Shown: piece by piece, positions 61,409-64,000 of the stretch
How positions within the stretch are numbered: the stretch's first letter is position 1
How the letters are laid out: each line of letters starts with the position of its first letter
Notes under the pieces: generated by a model
Told to the model about the DNA's origin: nothing
The model's input: the letters and a program-made list of their open reading frames with translations, nothing else
Database searches by the model: none
Source of the DNA: Ascidiella aspersa
Lineage: Eukaryota
NCBI GenBank assembly: GCA_963924565.1
Contig: OZ004610.1
Coordinates: 6,076,001 to 6,140,000 of the forward strand
Direction: 5' to 3'
Length of the DNA stretch: 64,000 bases
Translations under genes and position numbers: made by a program

Positions 61409-64000
61409 AAAATCTGTACAACAAATTCAATCAACACGATGATAAACCAAAGCTTCTGAACTGGCAATGCTGCGCGATGTTCAGGTTCAGTATGGCGTTG
61501 TGTCCCCGGCAAACCCTTCATACTTCCCTGATGTGCTAATGTTATGGTCCTTGGTTTTTAATCCATGTTTTGTTTTTTTAACGAATTTCAAATTAGGTTT
61601 CGCAAAAACTAAGAAAGTTTACAAAGCTACAACAAACGTTTTAAGGGTTCAAACGAATTGAGCAGGAAGTTTGTCGGCATTATTTTCGCCAGTGCTTCTC
61701 ACAATTATCAGTCGCCAATTCCTTTTAATTTCCTAAACTAGCACCGACTTGAAGGTTTTACAAAGACAAGCAAAATGTTTTTATTTGTCTGATTTTCCGT
61801 GCGCATTTGTTAACGACAAGGTAATATAGGCCTACTCGCCAGCCCTAAAACACTTTGAACGAGTAACAGTTTATGCAAACCCTGGCTTAAATATTAGTGT
61901 CAATAACAATATTTGGTAACACAATATGTGCTAAACTGTTTGGTAACATTTCAATATTATAGAATGAAAAGTAGATGTAAAATCTGTGATGGAAGACCAG
62001 TTGATCACCAATATAACTTATCGCTTGAGTTAAAACAAACCACACACAATTAGCATAAAAAATTACTAGTGACGTACATTAACTTTTCGAAACGCGACAT
62101 TCGACCAACAAACTGAAGAAAGTCATCGACGTCACCACTTCAAGCATCCGAACGAATATCGATGAGTAAACACTGGGCGACAAAATTGCAACTAAACAAA
62201 CCAAATCGTCGTGGTGTGTTTTTTTAGGACAAACCATGAGCCACTCAACACGAAATCGCAATGTTAAACGATTAAAATACACCGAAGAATTTGAGTGTAC
62301 TTCAATTGTTGCCTTAGTGTCTCAGTATTTTTTTACTGACATCAATTGCAGCGGACTATGGGTAAGCACATCATATCCGGATTTATGTGCTGTATGCATA
62401 ATCACTAATTCAAAGATGTAGAGAAAAAGAAATTGCACGACTTTGGTATTGCATTAACCCAACTTAAATTTTAGCAGGCCGATAAATATTTGTGCCTTTG
62501 TAGAGTGAACTCTCTGGCCTTTCAAACACATCCCTGTCGGGTGAATCAATTGATCTTGTACTATTCGCCAAGTCTACCGTAGTTTTTCAAATATTTTAAT
62601 GAATGGATAAGTGGCTGAACAATTTTTTAACTTGTGTTCCACTAAGAAAACAACAAAACACGAATGGCACTTCCCAAACTTATAATTCAAAATCAAACAT
62701 TATTTCTAAAGGGAAACTATTATAAATGTAAAAGTTGATGCATAAATCAAATACATTTTATATTTTTATGAGTAGGCCTATGTACATCTTGTTGAAACAT
62801 GCTTTGGATTGGTTAAATACCGTAGGATCGTATAAGTGGGTGTGTAATTTGCACGCATTAAACACTTTTTCACAGTCTATATCAGATACAAAATAAAGCA
62901 AATTATGATAGGAGTTCTACAAATCACTTCACCTAAAAAGCTTTATAAATCACTAAATGCACCAAAATGTCAAATAAGCCATATTTTCAAACGCGATATA
63001 CTTCTACCAAGTCAAATAGGATGATCAGTATCCCCACTTTAATTATGTAAACAAATATCTCGAGTAAACACTGAACGGAACAAGTACAACTAATCATACC
63101 AAAATGACAAGGTGTGTTTTTTGCTCAAACCATAAGAGCCTTTGCAGTCAGCGACCTTTGAAAAAACACTCAATACGCAAACACAAAGTAAAACGGTTTA
63201 AATTTATGTACATTGGAGAACTCGAGTGTACTTTATCTGTTTGCCGCAACTCAATATTTTCATTTTAACGAACATCATTTGATTAATATCTGACGACGCG
63301 GGAAATCAGGCGATATCCGTATTGACTTGATGTTTGCATAGTAACTAATGAGAGATGTAGAGTGACGATAATGCACGATATTGCTATTGCAACAACCAAA
63401 CCTAAGGTTTTGCAGTTGGTTGAATAAACAAGTTTGTCTTTGTAGACCGATCATCAGACTCTCAGAAGTTACTTAATGCGAAAGAGGTAGGCCTACTCAA
63501 CTCGAAAAATGTGATGTTAACCGCTTTAAAACTTTGAACAACAAGTGTACTTCATTCGTCGTCGGTGTTACCGAATATTTTTTTTCTTACAACATCATTG
63601 AATCAACTTTGTACATGGCGGGAAAACAGATCATATCCGCATTGTGCATCCTGTTTGTATAATCGGGACTCAACATGATTGCAGTAACTTTTTTGCGATG
63701 CGGAAAAACAGATCATATCCGTATTGCGTATCCTGTTTGTATAATCGGGACTTCAACACAGGACGAGAGACGCTAATTGCACGATTTGTTATTGCAGCAT
63801 ACAAACTTAAAATCATCCAGGGAACACTTTAATATGACGTATCTCTGTAAAGTGATCTGTTATTTCAGGTGCGGAGAGTCGTTCAGTGTCGTTCACGAGA
63901 CGAGTTGTTCCTGCTTGTGGCCACGTGCAATGAACAAGCAAAACATTCAAGTGTCATTAACGATAATATGGATTTGTGATTTTTGCAAGATTAAAGGATC
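61409..64000 (+). promoter_or_regulatory. Upstream region of a further copy F (coding part outside the window)
   Basis: Matches the E upstream region at offset 7350. The ATG would fall at ~64099. Confidence 0.8.

Larger units (their letters stand above)
39417..64000 (+). repeat. Right-arm tandem array, period ~7.35 kb (units C, D, E and start of F)
   Basis: Same landmark at 39417, 46710, 54059 and 61409. Offsets 7349-7350 between later units. Near-identical sequence; the array runs off the window. Confidence 0.95.

Noticed and set aside
1-64000. Prokaryotic systems (CRISPR array, operons) or an autonomous transposon driving the array
   Set aside because: The DNA is spliceosomal-intron eukaryotic sequence. 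No repeat-spacer array, no transposase/RT/Rep ORF, and no TIR or TSD bounding the 7.4-kb units were seen.

Overview
AT-rich eukaryotic (animal) DNA with short GT-AG introns. Compact introns, TATA+TCATTC core promoters and hAT MITEs suggest an invertebrate, possibly an ascidian (inference only). The left end holds a cyclin A gene on the minus strand, running off the window. The rest is a cluster of one gene family I cannot assign to a known family. Hand-spliced, it is an 11-exon gene (intron phases 0,1,2,2,1,2,1,2,0,2) encoding a secreted protein of ~652 aa. Layout: signal peptide, Cys/Tyr-rich segment, long amphipathic helical domain, Cys/Tyr segment, second homologous helical domain, Cys/Tyr tail. 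Members: one diverged paralog P (5241-13965, -); a left arm of minus-strand 7.4-kb tandem units (3' remnant psiL, intact copies A and B); and a head-to-head right arm of plus-strand ~7.35-kb units (3' remnant psiR, copy C with a premature stop, intact D and E, promoter of F at the window edge). A ~165-bp non-coding element is conserved upstream of P and of several array copies but is missing from the D/E/F units. Several hAT MITEs (one nested pair, one of only 48 bp), tRNA-derived repeats and a long hairpin are also present. Most ORFs in the supplied track are exon fragments, shifted frames or antisense shadows.
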